DNA of 58,709 bases from a virus (taxonomy: Duplodnaviria > Caudoviricetes), in IMG/VR virus record IMGVR_UViG_3300027759_000102, positions 1 through 58,709 of that record; one strand, written 5' to 3'. The position numbers and the translations under genes were made by a program. This document shows positions 26,256 to 35,665 of this stretch, piece by piece. Positions within the stretch are counted from its first letter, which is position 1, and each line of letters starts with the position of its first letter. The notes under the pieces are model-generated. The model worked only from the letters and a program-made list of their open reading frames with translations, did no database searches and was not told the origin of the DNA.

Positions 26256-27107
26256 ATGAGTATAGCTGATAAAGGTCTATTGGTTAACATCACGTTGTCT
26301 GTATGGTCTGGTCGTAAGCTAGACAAGCAGGTGTCCGAAGAAGTAGACGTAGCCAAGAGCACCCGTGCGCGGGCGGGTAATTACAACAAGAACTTATTTG
26401 CAGGTGTAGATGAGTTAGATGCAGTGCGCCGCATCTCGGGTGAGATAAGAAACTGGCACCACACGCAAACGCTACCGTGGTCAGATGGTGGTGATCGCTT
26501 GTTGACCATGCGTAACTTCAAGGACTATAAAGATGGGTTGCTACAACGTCAACAAGATTTTGCTGCGGCAGTTGCCGCGTTCTGTGATCGCTACCCACAC
26601 TTGATCTCGGCTCAAGCGTTTACGATGGGGCGGTTGTTTAACCGTGATGAATACCCCGATGCGAAAGATATTGCAGCGAAGTTTGATATGCAATATACTT
26701 TTTCACCGGTGGCTGATGTTGCTGATTGGCGGGTAACTGCTGATGACGACATCCGGAATGAATTAGATAGTCAATACAGGAAGGTCTACGACGATAGGCT
26801 AACAAGTGTAACCAAAGAATTGTGGGATAGGTTGCATACCTGCTTGCAACATATGAACGAACGGTTAACCGTTCCACAAGGCGGAGAGAAGAAGATATTC
26901 AGGGATAGCTTGCTCGACAACGCGGTTGAGTTATGTGGGCTATTAACCAAACTGAATATCACCAACGATCCGAAGTTAGAAGAAGCACGTAAAGCATTAG
27001 AGTCTACTGTATGCAACGTGGATATCAAGGACTTACGGAAAGATGTTGGTGCGCGTATTGAAATCACCACGCAAGTCAATGACATCCTTAGTCGATTTGA
27101 ATTTTAA
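26256..27107 (+). CDS. Conserved helical protein associated with the AAA-VWA pair (DUF3150-like)
   Basis: 283 aa with W.GRKLD, TLPW, DEYP and LN.TNDP.L motifs; RBS AGGAG. Confidence 0.6.
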   Translation: MSIADKGLLVNITLSVWSGRKLDKQVSEEVDVAKSTRARAGNYNKNLFAGVDELDAVRRISGEIRNWHHTQTLPWSDGGDRLLTMRNFKDYKDGLLQRQQDFAAAVAAFCDRYPHLISAQAFTMGRLFNRDEYPDAKDIAAKFDMQYTFSPVADVADWRVTADDDIRNELDSQYRKVYDDRLTSVTKELWDRLHTCLQHMNERLTVPQGGEKKIFRDSLLDNAVELCGLLTKLNITNDPKLEEARKALESTVCNVDIKDLRKDVGARIEITTQVNDILSRFEF

Positions 27108-27116
27108 GGAGATGTA

Positions 27117-27413
27117 ATGACACCAGAAGGTAAGGTAAAGAAACAAGTCACTGACCTACTAAAGAAAGTTAACGCCTATTACTTCTTCCCCGCAACAGGG
27201 GGGTATGGGCGTTCTGGTGTTCCCGATATAGTTGCATGTTACCGCGGTCGCTTTATTGCTATTGAATGTAAGGCGGGTAAGGGTGAACCCACTGCGCTAC
27301 AAACCCGAGAGTTGTTTAGGGTGCGAGGTGAAGGGGGGTTTGCTTTGGTCATCCGTGAGAGCACCGTCTTTAAAGTTCAAGAACTATTAGAGTCTATTAG
27401 GGAGTCGCACTAA
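27117..27413 (+). CDS. VRR-NUC nuclease / Holliday junction resolvase-like protein
   Basis: TPEGKVK, SGVPDI, IECK and T.LQ motifs. Confidence 0.85.
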   Translation: MTPEGKVKKQVTDLLKKVNAYYFFPATGGYGRSGVPDIVACYRGRFIAIECKAGKGEPTALQTRELFRVRGEGGFALVIRESTVFKVQELLESIRESH

Positions 27414-27871
27414 TGTCGGACAATACTTTTCTTTATACGCAAGCAAGTAAGAAGTTGTTTGCCGCGATCATCCACCGCGCCGTGATGGATACTTGTATGA
27501 ACGCCGGAGTTAAACGGAGAGGAAGGAAGGCTAAGAACTTAATTACGGGGGAAGATGTAGAAGAAGAGAATGACGTATCGAAGACCGTGCAAGAGGCGTT
27601 TGAATTTTTGTTTGATGACAAGTGCCCTTACGCAATAATCTACCTGTCGTTCTTAGATATAGACATTGCGTATTTTCGTGATAGGTTATTGAAGACTATG
27701 TATGCAAGTAGCAAACAACCTGTGGCAGTGCTACGCCCCAATTCAATAACGAGTTCACAGAAACGGCGGTTCCTATTTAATTACAACAACTACCTTAAAG
27801 AATTTGAACGCAAGGAGTTTGAAAGACAGCGTAAAGAATTTGATAAACAACGAAAGGAGTGGCGAACATGA
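27413..27871 (+). CDS. Hypothetical protein
   Basis: 152 aa; TAATG coupling; KLFAAII.RAV.D motif. Confidence 0.65.
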   Translation: MSDNTFLYTQASKKLFAAIIHRAVMDTCMNAGVKRRGRKAKNLITGEDVEEENDVSKTVQEAFEFLFDDKCPYAIIYLSFLDIDIAYFRDRLLKTMYASSKQPVAVLRPNSITSSQKRRFLFNYNNYLKEFERKEFERQRKEFDKQRKEWRT

Positions 27872-27987
27872 CGGAGATGGAGATAGTTTGGTTTGGTATG
27901 GGGTGTGCAGTAGGCGCACTATTATATATGCTGTATACGGACTTAATGCGTGGCACACCCCACGATGACAAGTATGGCAAATATTAA
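27868..27987 (+). CDS. Small membrane peptide (39 aa)
   Basis: Not in the ORF track. RBS AAGGAG, ATGA overlap, one hydrophobic helix. Confidence 0.5.
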   Translation: MTEMEIVWFGMGCAVGALLYMLYTDLMRGTPHDDKYGKY

Positions 27988-28333
27988 ACCTAAGATGTCT
28001 AAACGTGCCGCTGAGTTTTTAGTCGAGGGTGCGCGTCTAGATTTAGCAATGAATAGATTGCCGGATGATGTTTTAGCTGAGTTAGTTAAACGCTTTGGAT
28101 ACCTTCCATACGGTAAAAGGATTCAAGTTATTGTAGGGGCGAGAAACAAAAAAGCGGCTGAAGCATTTTGGGATAAGAAATATGATGTTGCAGTTTATTG
28201 GTTACGGGCTTCAGGATTTCCCGATGACGCACGAATGAAGATGCCCGGGCGTGATGCAACTGTTGGAATTTTATCTCCACGAATGTTTGGCAGACTAGGG
28301 CAACCTCAACATGATTGGAAGTATGTTAAATAA
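27950..28333 (+). CDS. Hypothetical protein
   Basis: 127-aa ORF in the operon; start uncertain. Confidence 0.55.
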   Translation: MAHPTMTSMANIKPKMSKRAAEFLVEGARLDLAMNRLPDDVLAELVKRFGYLPYGKRIQVIVGARNKKAAEAFWDKKYDVAVYWLRASGFPDDARMKMPGRDATVGILSPRMFGRLGQPQHDWKYVK

Positions 28334-28520
28334 AAGGATAGATATGGAGAACGATGAAGAGTTAAGAGATTTCTTCGCGGCGTTTGCTATGAATGGAATT
28401 ATTGCCAGAGGTGGATTACATCCTAACCTTATGCCTGAAAACGCAATGGCTAGAAGGGCTTATGAATTGGCAGACGCAATGTTAGCCGAACGTACACAAG
28501 GGAGAGAACAAGATGACTAG
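28311..28520 (+). CDS. Small conserved phage protein (LRD.FA...AY..ADAML family)
   Basis: LRDFFAAFAM...AYELADAMLAER motif; true start probably near 28344. Confidence 0.7.
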   Translation: MIGSMLNKRIDMENDEELRDFFAAFAMNGIIARGGLHPNLMPENAMARRAYELADAMLAERTQGREQDD

Positions 28521-28686
28521 AGACGAGGCATGGCAGAAGTTTTGCGAAGAGAAGATGCCACAGCGCCGTGGTTATATATTCCCGCAAGAAGGCGCATTTT
28601 GGGATTGTTGGGTAATGGCGTGGCGAGCAGGTTATCTTGAGGGATTGAAGTCAATAACAAGGGACAAGGAGTATCTCAATGACTAA
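28513..28686 (+). CDS. Small Trp-rich hypothetical protein (57 aa)
   Basis: Not in the ORF track. RBS GGAGAG; reads MTRDEAWQKF... Confidence 0.55.
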   Translation: MTRDEAWQKFCEEKMPQRRGYIFPQEGAFWDCWVMAWRAGYLEGLKSITRDKEYLND

Positions 28687-28849
28687 AGAACCGACAGGTT
28701 GGATAATAAAAAAAGGTGAAGATCAGGCAGAGGAAATAATGATCGACTACCTGCTTCTTAAAGTTCAACAGAAAGACTGGCATGGTGTGTCAGATGCAGC
28801 TAATGACTTGCGAGAGATGAGCGCACGAAAGGAGAAGAACAATGACTAA
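28679..28849 (+). CDS. Small hypothetical protein (56 aa)
   Basis: Not in the ORF track. RBS AAGGAG; contains DWHGVSDAANDLRE. Confidence 0.55.
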   Translation: MTKEPTGWIIKKGEDQAEEIMIDYLLLKVQQKDWHGVSDAANDLREMSARKEKNND

Positions 28850-29231
28850 ACGTGAATGGCAGATTGAGATGGCAAACAGGTTTGCTAAACGTGACAATGT
28901 AAAAGAATTAGAAGCAAAGTTAGAGTGCTATGAAAGGTTAGTAGATTCTATCAATATGGCATCAAACCCTGTAAGCGAAAAAAGTAGAGTAGCGCTAAGA
29001 GAAGTACGAGAAATGAAAACAATCATGACTAAAGAAGAAGAAGAAATACGCAAAGCAGTAGAAGCAGAGCGTGAGGCGTGTGCAAAGATTTGCGACTTAG
29101 CAATGTTGCAAAACAAAGAGGCGATAAATGAACTTGAAAATGACGAACACATTGCAAAGTGTTTTATTCAGGGTGCAATGAATCAGTTAGTAAAAACAGC
29201 TAAAGCAATAAGAGCAAGAGGACAAGCATGA
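28842..29231 (+). CDS. Hypothetical protein (EREACA...IRARG family)
   Basis: 129 aa with AEREACAKIC and AIRARG motifs. Confidence 0.7.
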   Translation: MTKREWQIEMANRFAKRDNVKELEAKLECYERLVDSINMASNPVSEKSRVALREVREMKTIMTKEEEEIRKAVEAEREACAKICDLAMLQNKEAINELENDEHIAKCFIQGAMNQLVKTAKAIRARGQA

Positions 29232-29428
29232 GTGAACCACAAGACTATAGCTTAAATGGGACAAGATTCTGTAGTAGTTGCATAATGACTAAACATGTTA
29301 TAGGAGGTATGTATGTGTTGGTAAGGAACGGTAAGGCGAGAAGATGGAAGTGTGCTGAATGCAGGCAACGTGCAAAGGAAAGAAATGACAGGATTTCAAT
29401 CGAAAAGGAAAATGAGAATGGACGATAA
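29228..29428 (+). CDS. Small zinc-finger protein
   Basis: CSSC...CAEC motif. Confidence 0.65.
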   Translation: MSEPQDYSLNGTRFCSSCIMTKHVIGGMYVLVRNGKARRWKCAECRQRAKERNDRISIEKENENGR

Positions 29429-29600
29429 TGAAATAAAGATTGCTAAAGCAATCGTATATCTACGTGGTCGAGGTAAGTATATAGTAGATAGGACATGCTT
29501 GTTTAGACCCACAGACAGCGCTGCTACAAATGTAGCCCAGACCATAGCTAACTACCGGCGAGATGTTATGAAGCAACCATTAAAAGCGATACGAAAATGA
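29418..29600 (+). CDS. Hypothetical protein
   Basis: ORF track gives 29352-29600; the likely start is near 29418. Confidence 0.55.
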   Translation: MDDNEIKIAKAIVYLRGRGKYIVDRTCLFRPTDSAATNVAQTIANYRRDVMKQPLKAIRK

Positions 29601-29788
29601 CAGTCCACCTCGACCTAGATACTAAGAAGTATTTAATACACACCTTCAAGCGGAAGGATGTTAGTACGTTCTTCATTAGTCAGTTACCCGCGAACCGAGT
29701 ACCCCAACGGGGGGCTTGCCTGCTGCAAGACTATTGGCATAGTGCGGCACAACCGTTTGATAGAACAACACTAGAGAGTGAGCGATGA
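29597..29788 (+). CDS. Hypothetical protein
   Basis: 63 aa with ATGA overlaps at both ends. Confidence 0.55.
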   Translation: MTVHLDLDTKKYLIHTFKRKDVSTFFISQLPANRVPQRGACLLQDYWHSAAQPFDRTTLESER

Positions 29789-31626
29789 TAATTGTATGTG
29801 ACTTTGAAACCTACTATAGCAAAACATACTCGCTATCCAAACTAACCACAGAAGAGTATATACGGGGTGATGAGTACGAAACTATCGGTGTCTCGGTTAA
29901 AGTAGACGATGCACCTGCTCAGTGGTTCTCGGGTAGCCACCAAGAAACAAAAAACTGGTTATGGCAATTTGAGTGGAGCAAAGCTATGGTGGTAGCGCAC
30001 AACGCGATGTTTGACGCGGCTATCTTGAATTGGCGGTACGACATACGCCCTTACATCATTGCGGATACCTTGAGCATGGCGCGGGCTATTCATGGCATAG
30101 AAGTTGGGGGCAGCCTAGCCAAGCTAGCAGAACGGTATGAGATCGGGGTCAAGGGTAACGAGGTGATACACGCCCTAGACAAACACCGCGCGGATTTTAC
30201 TGAGCAAGAGTTAGCTAAGTATGGTGAGTATTGTGTGAACGATACGGAGTTAACCTATAAGCTATTTAACATCCTAGTAGAAGGCTACCCCAAGAAGGAA
30301 CTAAAGTTGATTGACTTAACCATACGCATGTTCAGTGAGCCTGTGTTGGAGTTGGACGAGATGCTACTACAGAACCACATGGTCAATATCAAAGCACGTA
30401 AGGAAGAGTTGCTGAGTAAGATAGCAGGTGACCCTGAGACTGCTAAGAAGAACATCATGAGTAACGTGAAGTTTGCTGAGTTGCTTAGGGAGTATGGTGT
30501 AGATGCCCCTATGAAGATAAGCCCTACTACCGGCAAGCAAGCCTACGCGTTTGCTAAGACCGATGAGGAACTTAAAGCGTTGCTTGAGCACCCAGACCCT
30601 AACGTGCAAGCATTGGTGTCAGCTAGGTTGGGAGTTAAGAGCACACTAGAGGAGACTAGGACTCAACGGTTTTTAGCGATTGCACAGCGAGGTAGCCTAC
30701 CCATACCATTGAAGTATTATGCAGCACACACAGGACGGTGGGGCGGTGCAGACAAGATCAACCTACAGAACTTGCCAAGCCGTGGTGCGGATGCAGGACA
30801 GCTAAAGAAGGCAATCAAAGCCCCCAAGGGTTACGTCATCATTGATGCAGATTCCGCACAGATTGAAGCTCGTGTGCTGGCTTGGATGGCAGGGGTTGCC
30901 CCATTAGTCGAAGCGTTCAGGAAGGGTGAGGATGTATACAAACTCATGGCCGCCGCGATATACGCCAAAGACCCCGTGGACATTACACCCGCAAAGCGTT
31001 TCATAGGTAAGGCAGCCCTGCTTGGATGTGGGTATGGTATGGGGTATAAAAAGTTTCATAAGACTCTGTTAGCGTCGGGGACTTCTATAAGCGAAAGTGC
31101 TGCTAGAACCATCGTGAATACTTATCGCGCGGTTAACTCTGGTGTGGTTGAGTTGTGGGCGCAGGGGGATAGATGTTTAGCGGCAATGCTAGACAGGCAG
31201 AGCACAGACTACGGGAAAGAGGGGGTTGTTCTGGTGGGGCAGTGGTGGTGGAAAGGGTTTGTCACCCCAAATAAGATTCCGTTTCGATACTATGAGTTGC
31301 GTAGGGTACCGGGCAAGAACGTAGGCGAGATGGGGTTTGCGTATACATCACGCACTGGCGCTGTAAGTATATGGGGTGGGAAGTTAACCGAGAATATCAT
31401 TCAACACTTAGCTAGGTGTATCATTGGGGAACAGATGTTGAGGATAGCTAAGAAGTATAGAGTGGTGTTGACTGTGCATGATGCGATTGCGTGTATAGCA
31501 CTTGAGGCTGAAGCGGATGAGGCGCGGGCGTATGTAGAGGAGTGTATGCGGTGGACACCCGCATGGGCTGATGGGTTACCTCTGAACTGCGAGTCGGGCG
31601 TGGGTAAAACTTACGGAGAATGCTAA
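29785..31626 (+). CDS. DNA polymerase family A with 3'-5' exonuclease domain
   Basis: ExoI DFET, ExoII HNAMFD and ExoIII YCVND; polymerase motif A DSAQIEAR, B RFIGK...GYG and C VHD. Confidence 0.95.
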   Translation: MIIVCDFETYYSKTYSLSKLTTEEYIRGDEYETIGVSVKVDDAPAQWFSGSHQETKNWLWQFEWSKAMVVAHNAMFDAAILNWRYDIRPYIIADTLSMARAIHGIEVGGSLAKLAERYEIGVKGNEVIHALDKHRADFTEQELAKYGEYCVNDTELTYKLFNILVEGYPKKELKLIDLTIRMFSEPVLELDEMLLQNHMVNIKARKEELLSKIAGDPETAKKNIMSNVKFAELLREYGVDAPMKISPTTGKQAYAFAKTDEELKALLEHPDPNVQALVSARLGVKSTLEETRTQRFLAIAQRGSLPIPLKYYAAHTGRWGGADKINLQNLPSRGADAGQLKKAIKAPKGYVIIDADSAQIEARVLAWMAGVAPLVEAFRKGEDVYKLMAAAIYAKDPVDITPAKRFIGKAALLGCGYGMGYKKFHKTLLASGTSISESAARTIVNTYRAVNSGVVELWAQGDRCLAAMLDRQSTDYGKEGVVLVGQWWWKGFVTPNKIPFRYYELRRVPGKNVGEMGFAYTSRTGAVSIWGGKLTENIIQHLARCIIGEQMLRIAKKYRVVLTVHDAIACIALEAEADEARAYVEECMRWTPAWADGLPLNCESGVGKTYGEC

Positions 31627-32282
31627 TGGTTAAATGGTCATATAGTAGTATGTCGCTGTTTCAACAATGCCCTAAGAAGTTCTACCATATAAAGGTAGCT
31701 AAGACTATTGTTGAGCCAACCTCGTGGCAAATGATCTACGGGTTAGAAGCACATAAAGTTGCTGAGGATTACGTACGGGATGACGTACCAATACCCGAGA
31801 AGTTTGCGTTTATGAAGGGCGCTTTGGATACGGTGAAAAAGTATAAGGGAGTCATCTACTGCGAACACAAGATGGGTGTAACGGACACCCAAGAAGCCTG
31901 TGACTTCAACGCAGACAATGTGTGGTGGCGTGGTATTGCTGACCTATTAGTTGTTCAAGGCGACCGAGCCAAGATCATAGACTACAAGACAGGACAGAAT
32001 AAGTATGCGGATACAAAGCAGCTTGAGTTGTTAGCATTAGCCGCGTTTAAACATTTCCCCGAACTTAAAGTTATCAACGCGGGGTTGTTGTTTGTAGTGC
32101 ACCCTGCATTCATTAAGCAACGCTACGAACGAGACGAGATAGAACACCGATGGGGTAAGTGGAAAGAGAAAGCGGAAGAGTTGGGAACCGCGTATACTAC
32201 AAACGTATGGAACCCCAAACAAAATTTCACTTGCCGTAGTTGGTGCCCTGTAGTAAATTGTGCGCACAACGGAAAACGATAG
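31626..32282 (+). CDS. PD-(D/E)XK (Cas4/RecB-like) exonuclease
   Basis: SYS...QCP, GIADL, IDYKTG, QL and C-terminal C.WC...C motifs. Confidence 0.85.
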   Translation: MVKWSYSSMSLFQQCPKKFYHIKVAKTIVEPTSWQMIYGLEAHKVAEDYVRDDVPIPEKFAFMKGALDTVKKYKGVIYCEHKMGVTDTQEACDFNADNVWWRGIADLLVVQGDRAKIIDYKTGQNKYADTKQLELLALAAFKHFPELKVINAGLLFVVHPAFIKQRYERDEIEHRWGKWKEKAEELGTAYTTNVWNPKQNFTCRSWCPVVNCAHNGKR

Positions 32283-32292
32283 GAGTACATAG

Positions 32293-32568
32293 ATGTATAC
32301 CAAATCCCCACGTCCTTACGAGCATGAGTATCAAATGCAGAAGAAGCGTAATGAAAACCCTGCACGGGCTAAGAGAGCAAGTGCGCGGAGAGCAATGGAC
32401 GCTAAAGGAGTTGACCGGACAGGCATGGACATAGACCACACTGTGCCGTTATCAAAGGGCGGTACTAACGCCGCAGGTAACCTACGATTAAAGAAACCTA
32501 GTGCAAATAGATCGTTCAGCAGAAACAGTGACCATACTGTGAAAATAAATAAACCCAAAAAGAAGTAG
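32293..32568 (+). CDS. Small HNH-like nuclease
   Basis: DIDH..PLSKGG.N...NLR......NR motif. Confidence 0.75.
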   Translation: MYTKSPRPYEHEYQMQKKRNENPARAKRASARRAMDAKGVDRTGMDIDHTVPLSKGGTNAAGNLRLKKPSANRSFSRNSDHTVKINKPKKK

Positions 32569-32623
32569 TTGACACGCGGGTTAAATACGTAGATTATAGC
32601 GGTATAGTAAAGAATTAAACATA

Positions 32624-32663
32624 GGCATGAGCAAGGTGAAAACATCACCCTGCTCTGTAAGCC
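32624..32663 (+). promoter_or_regulatory. Hairpin leader upstream of the helicase gene
   Basis: GAGCA/TGCTC and GGTGA-AAACA-TCACC helices; TTGACA at 32569 upstream. Confidence 0.4.
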
Positions 32664-32682
32664 ATTTACCATAGAGAGATGT

Positions 32683-34338
32683 ATGCAAATAATTGAGAAT
32701 AAAGCCCTGCAATTACGGGTGCGCGACCCTAGTCAAATTACGCGTATCATCCCGTGCAGTGAGCAGATTGGCGCACATGATGTGTTGGTCAAGTGGGGAC
32801 TAGAGGAAGCACAAGTCCTTAAGAATCTAAAGATTAAGAATGTACCCTCACCCATACGCAAGTCGTATGCGTGGCCCGGTATACACCGCCCGTTCACCCA
32901 CCAGATTACAACCTCGGAGTTTTTAACCCTGCATCGTAGAGCGTTTTGCTTTAATGCGCAGGGCACGGGCAAGACAGCTAGTGTGATATGGGCGGCTGAT
33001 TACCTAATGACTACGAAGCGAGTATCACGGGTATTAATCATTTGCCCTGTATCTATCATGGGGTCAGCGTGGCGTGGGGATTTGTTTCGGTTTGTGATGC
33101 ACCGCACATTTGATATTGCACATAATCCACGGCAGGAAAAGCGTAGGCAAGTTATCGAAGGCAACGCTGAGTTTGTAATCATTAACTACGATGGGGTTGA
33201 GATCGTTCGGGACTCTATCATAGCCGGTGGTTTTGACCTGATTGTTATAGACGAAGCAAACGCATATAAGAACGTACAGACGCGGCGGTGGAAGACACTT
33301 GCCAAGATCATAACCCCACAGACATGGGTATGGATGCTGACAGGAACACCTGCGTCTCAGTCACCAAGCGATGCGTATGGGCTTGCTAAGATCGTCAATC
33401 CTGAAGGTGTGCCTAAGTTCTTTGGTAGTTTCAGAGACAGGGTGATGGTGAACCTCAACCGATTCCAATGGGTGCCTAGACCTAACGCAACGGAGATCGT
33501 GTATTCCGCGTTACAACCCGCTATTCGATTCTCTAAAGAAGAATGCCTTGATCTACCTGATGTATTGCACGTGACCCGAGATGTCCCGCTGACCAAGCAA
33601 CAACGTAAGTATTACAACGAGATGAAGCAACAGCAGTTGTTTGTAGCAGCAGGGGAAGAGATAAGCGCACCTAATGCGGCAGCTAACCTAAGCAAGCTAC
33701 TGCAAATCTCAGGGGGCGCTGTATATTCAGATGGGAAGGAAGTTATTGAGTTTGATTGCAGTAACCGACTACAAGCGTTGAAGGAAGTTGTAGATGAAGC
33801 ATCCCATAAAGTTCTGGTGTTTGTCCCCTATACGCATAGCTTGACGATGGTAGCAGGTTGGTTGCGGAAGCAAGGGCACACTGTAGAAATCATTAATGGG
33901 CAAGTAACCCCGAACAAGCGCACCGAGATATTTAATCGGTTCCAGACTACGCCTGACCCGCGGATACTTGTAATACAACCACAGGCGGCATCGCACGGAG
34001 TGACACTTCACGCAGCTAACGTGGTGGTGTATTGGTCGCCCGTAATGAGTGTAGAGACGTATCTTCAGGCAAATGCCCGTGTGCACAGGGCAGGGCAGGT
34101 AAACAAAGTAACCATAGTGCACTTACAAGGTAGCGGAGTAGAAAGCAAGATGTATAAGATGTTGCAGGGGAAAGTAGATGTTCACCAAAAACTAATTGAT
34201 TTATACAAAGTAACTCTAGCGCACTTACAAGATAGCGAAGTAGAAAGCGAGATGTATAAGATGTTGCAGGAAAAAGTAGACGTTCGCCAAAAACTAGTTG
34301 ATTTATACAAAGAAGAATTGGGAGAAACAGATGAGTGA
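32683..34338 (+). CDS. SNF2-like superfamily 2 helicase
   Basis: GTGKT, VIDEA, LTGTP, HGVTL and QANARVHR.GQ motifs. Confidence 0.92.
   Translation: MQIIENKALQLRVRDPSQITRIIPCSEQIGAHDVLVKWGLEEAQVLKNLKIKNVPSPIRKSYAWPGIHRPFTHQITTSEFLTLHRRAFCFNAQGTGKTASVIWAADYLMTTKRVSRVLIICPVSIMGSAWRGDLFRFVMHRTFDIAHNPRQEKRRQVIEGNAEFVIINYDGVEIVRDSIIAGGFDLIVIDEANAYKNVQTRRWKTLAKIITPQTWVWMLTGTPASQSPSDAYGLAKIVNPEGVPKFFGSFRDRVMVNLNRFQWVPRPNATEIVYSALQPAIRFSKEECLDLPDVLHVTRDVPLTKQQRKYYNEMKQQQLFVAAGEEISAPNAAANLSKLLQISGGAVYSDGKEVIEFDCSNRLQALKEVVDEASHKVLVFVPYTHSLTMVAGWLRKQGHTVEIINGQVTPNKRTEIFNRFQTTPDPRILVIQPQAASHGVTLHAANVVVYWSPVMSVETYLQANARVHRAGQVNKVTIVHLQGSGVESKMYKMLQGKVDVHQKLIDLYKVTLAHLQDSEVESEMYKMLQEKVDVRQKLVDLYKEELGETDE
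34103..34312 (+). repeat. 102-bp imperfect tandem duplication in the helicase C-terminus
   Basis: Units start at 34103 and 34205; the peptide KVT..HLQ.S.VES.MYKMLQ.KVDV.QKL.DLY occurs twice. Confidence 0.9.
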
Positions 34339-34735
34339 TAAACCGGTAGTGCCTGCTAATAAACTAGCAGGGATTTATATCAAGATTAGAAATAAACGCG
34401 CTGACTTACGCAAGGCGTATGAAGCAGATGATGCACACCTAGATGGGCAGTTACAAGCGGTTGTAGCAGAGATGCTTTCTACTTGTGAGGCTGTGGGTGC
34501 AAACAGTATACGCACTGACGCGGGGACTATCATCCGCACAGTTAAGACCCGTTACTGGAGTTCTGATTGGGAAGCAATGCACAATTTTATTCAAACGAAT
34601 GCGGCTTTTGATTTACTAGAAAGGAGAATACACCAAACAAATATGAAGTCGTATTTAGAAGGTAACCCAGATAAGCTACCGCCCGGGCTTAACTCGGATA
34701 GTTTTTATGATATATCGGTGCGTCGTTCTACATAA
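34331..34735 (+). CDS. Conserved replication-module protein
   Basis: YIKIR, S.RT..GT, DW.....FI and LLERRI motifs; start at ATG 34331 with RBS GGAG. Confidence 0.7.
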   Translation: MSDKPVVPANKLAGIYIKIRNKRADLRKAYEADDAHLDGQLQAVVAEMLSTCEAVGANSIRTDAGTIIRTVKTRYWSSDWEAMHNFIQTNAAFDLLERRIHQTNMKSYLEGNPDKLPPGLNSDSFYDISVRRST

Positions 34736-34749
34736 ACTAGGAGAAACAA

Positions 34750-35622
34750 ATGGCTACAGAAATTGAGTTGTTCAAATCAGGTATACCCGCCCACTTAAAG
34801 ACCCGCCCACGTAATGACATAACCAAGTCGTTGCTTGGCAGTGGTGGTTCAAGCAGTAAGCGTATTTCCTTACGGGGGTCAGTATTCCGTATGGTTGTTA
34901 ATGGTGAAGAGCTAGTTGCATCCGATGAACGGGCTATGAAGGTAGTCATCGTTAACATCGCACCTAAAGTATCTCGTTCGTTCTATTCTGATGACTACGA
35001 TTCAACAGTCAAAGCCGCACCTGTTTGTTGGTCAGCATTAGGTGACCGCCCTGATCCTTCATCGTCTAACCCACAACATTCAGCTTGTGTTGGTTGCCCT
35101 AAGAACATCAAGGGTTCAGGTAGCAAGAATACAGTCGCCTGTAAGTTCCAGCGTAAGATTGCCGTTGTGTTAGAAAATGATTTAGAGGGTGATGTGTTTG
35201 AGTTGCAGTTACCTTCCAAGTCTATATTCCCTAAAGCGGAGGATGGCAAGTTGTCTTTGAATGCCTACGCAAGTTTCTTAGATGGCTTTGGCGTGAACAT
35301 CACGGACGTAGTAACTGAGATGCGTTTTGACAAAGACAGTTCTACACCAAAGTTGATATTTAAAGGTGTGCGCCCGTTGAGCGTTGAAGAGATCGAGACT
35401 TGTTCAGCAAAAGGTCAGTCACCCGCGGCTATCGCGGCTATCACTACATCGTATAGTGCATCAAAAGGTGCGGTTGCCCCTGCCGCCCCTGCTAAATTGG
35501 TTGACCTTACGGAAGATGAAGCGCCTGTAGAGCCAAAGCGCCGTGAGTCTAAGAAGGATGAGCAACCTCCTGTTAAGAAAGAATTGGCTGATGTATTAGC
35601 CGCATGGGATGACGAAGAGTAA
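34750..35622 (+). CDS. Putative single-stranded DNA-binding/annealing protein
   Basis: KRIS.RG..F, P.CWS, C..CP.N..GS and ACK motifs with an acidic tail (WDDEE); lies between helicase and primase. Confidence 0.65.
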   Translation: MATEIELFKSGIPAHLKTRPRNDITKSLLGSGGSSSKRISLRGSVFRMVVNGEELVASDERAMKVVIVNIAPKVSRSFYSDDYDSTVKAAPVCWSALGDRPDPSSSNPQHSACVGCPKNIKGSGSKNTVACKFQRKIAVVLENDLEGDVFELQLPSKSIFPKAEDGKLSLNAYASFLDGFGVNITDVVTEMRFDKDSSTPKLIFKGVRPLSVEEIETCSAKGQSPAAIAAITTSYSASKGAVAPAAPAKLVDLTEDEAPVEPKRRESKKDEQPPVKKELADVLAAWDDEE

Positions 35623-35632
35623 ATAAGCAACG

Positions 35633-35654
35633 GGGGTATGGGCAACCATACCCC
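35633..35654 (+). other. GNRA-tetraloop hairpin after the SSB gene
   Basis: GGGGTATGG-GCAA-CCATACCCC with no U tract. Confidence 0.6.
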
Positions 35655-35665
35655 TAACCGGAGAG

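Noticed and set aside
34103-34312. Helicase duplication as a DGR template/variable repeat pair
   Set aside because: Differences are not adenine-specific, both copies are in frame in one gene, and no reverse transcriptase is present.
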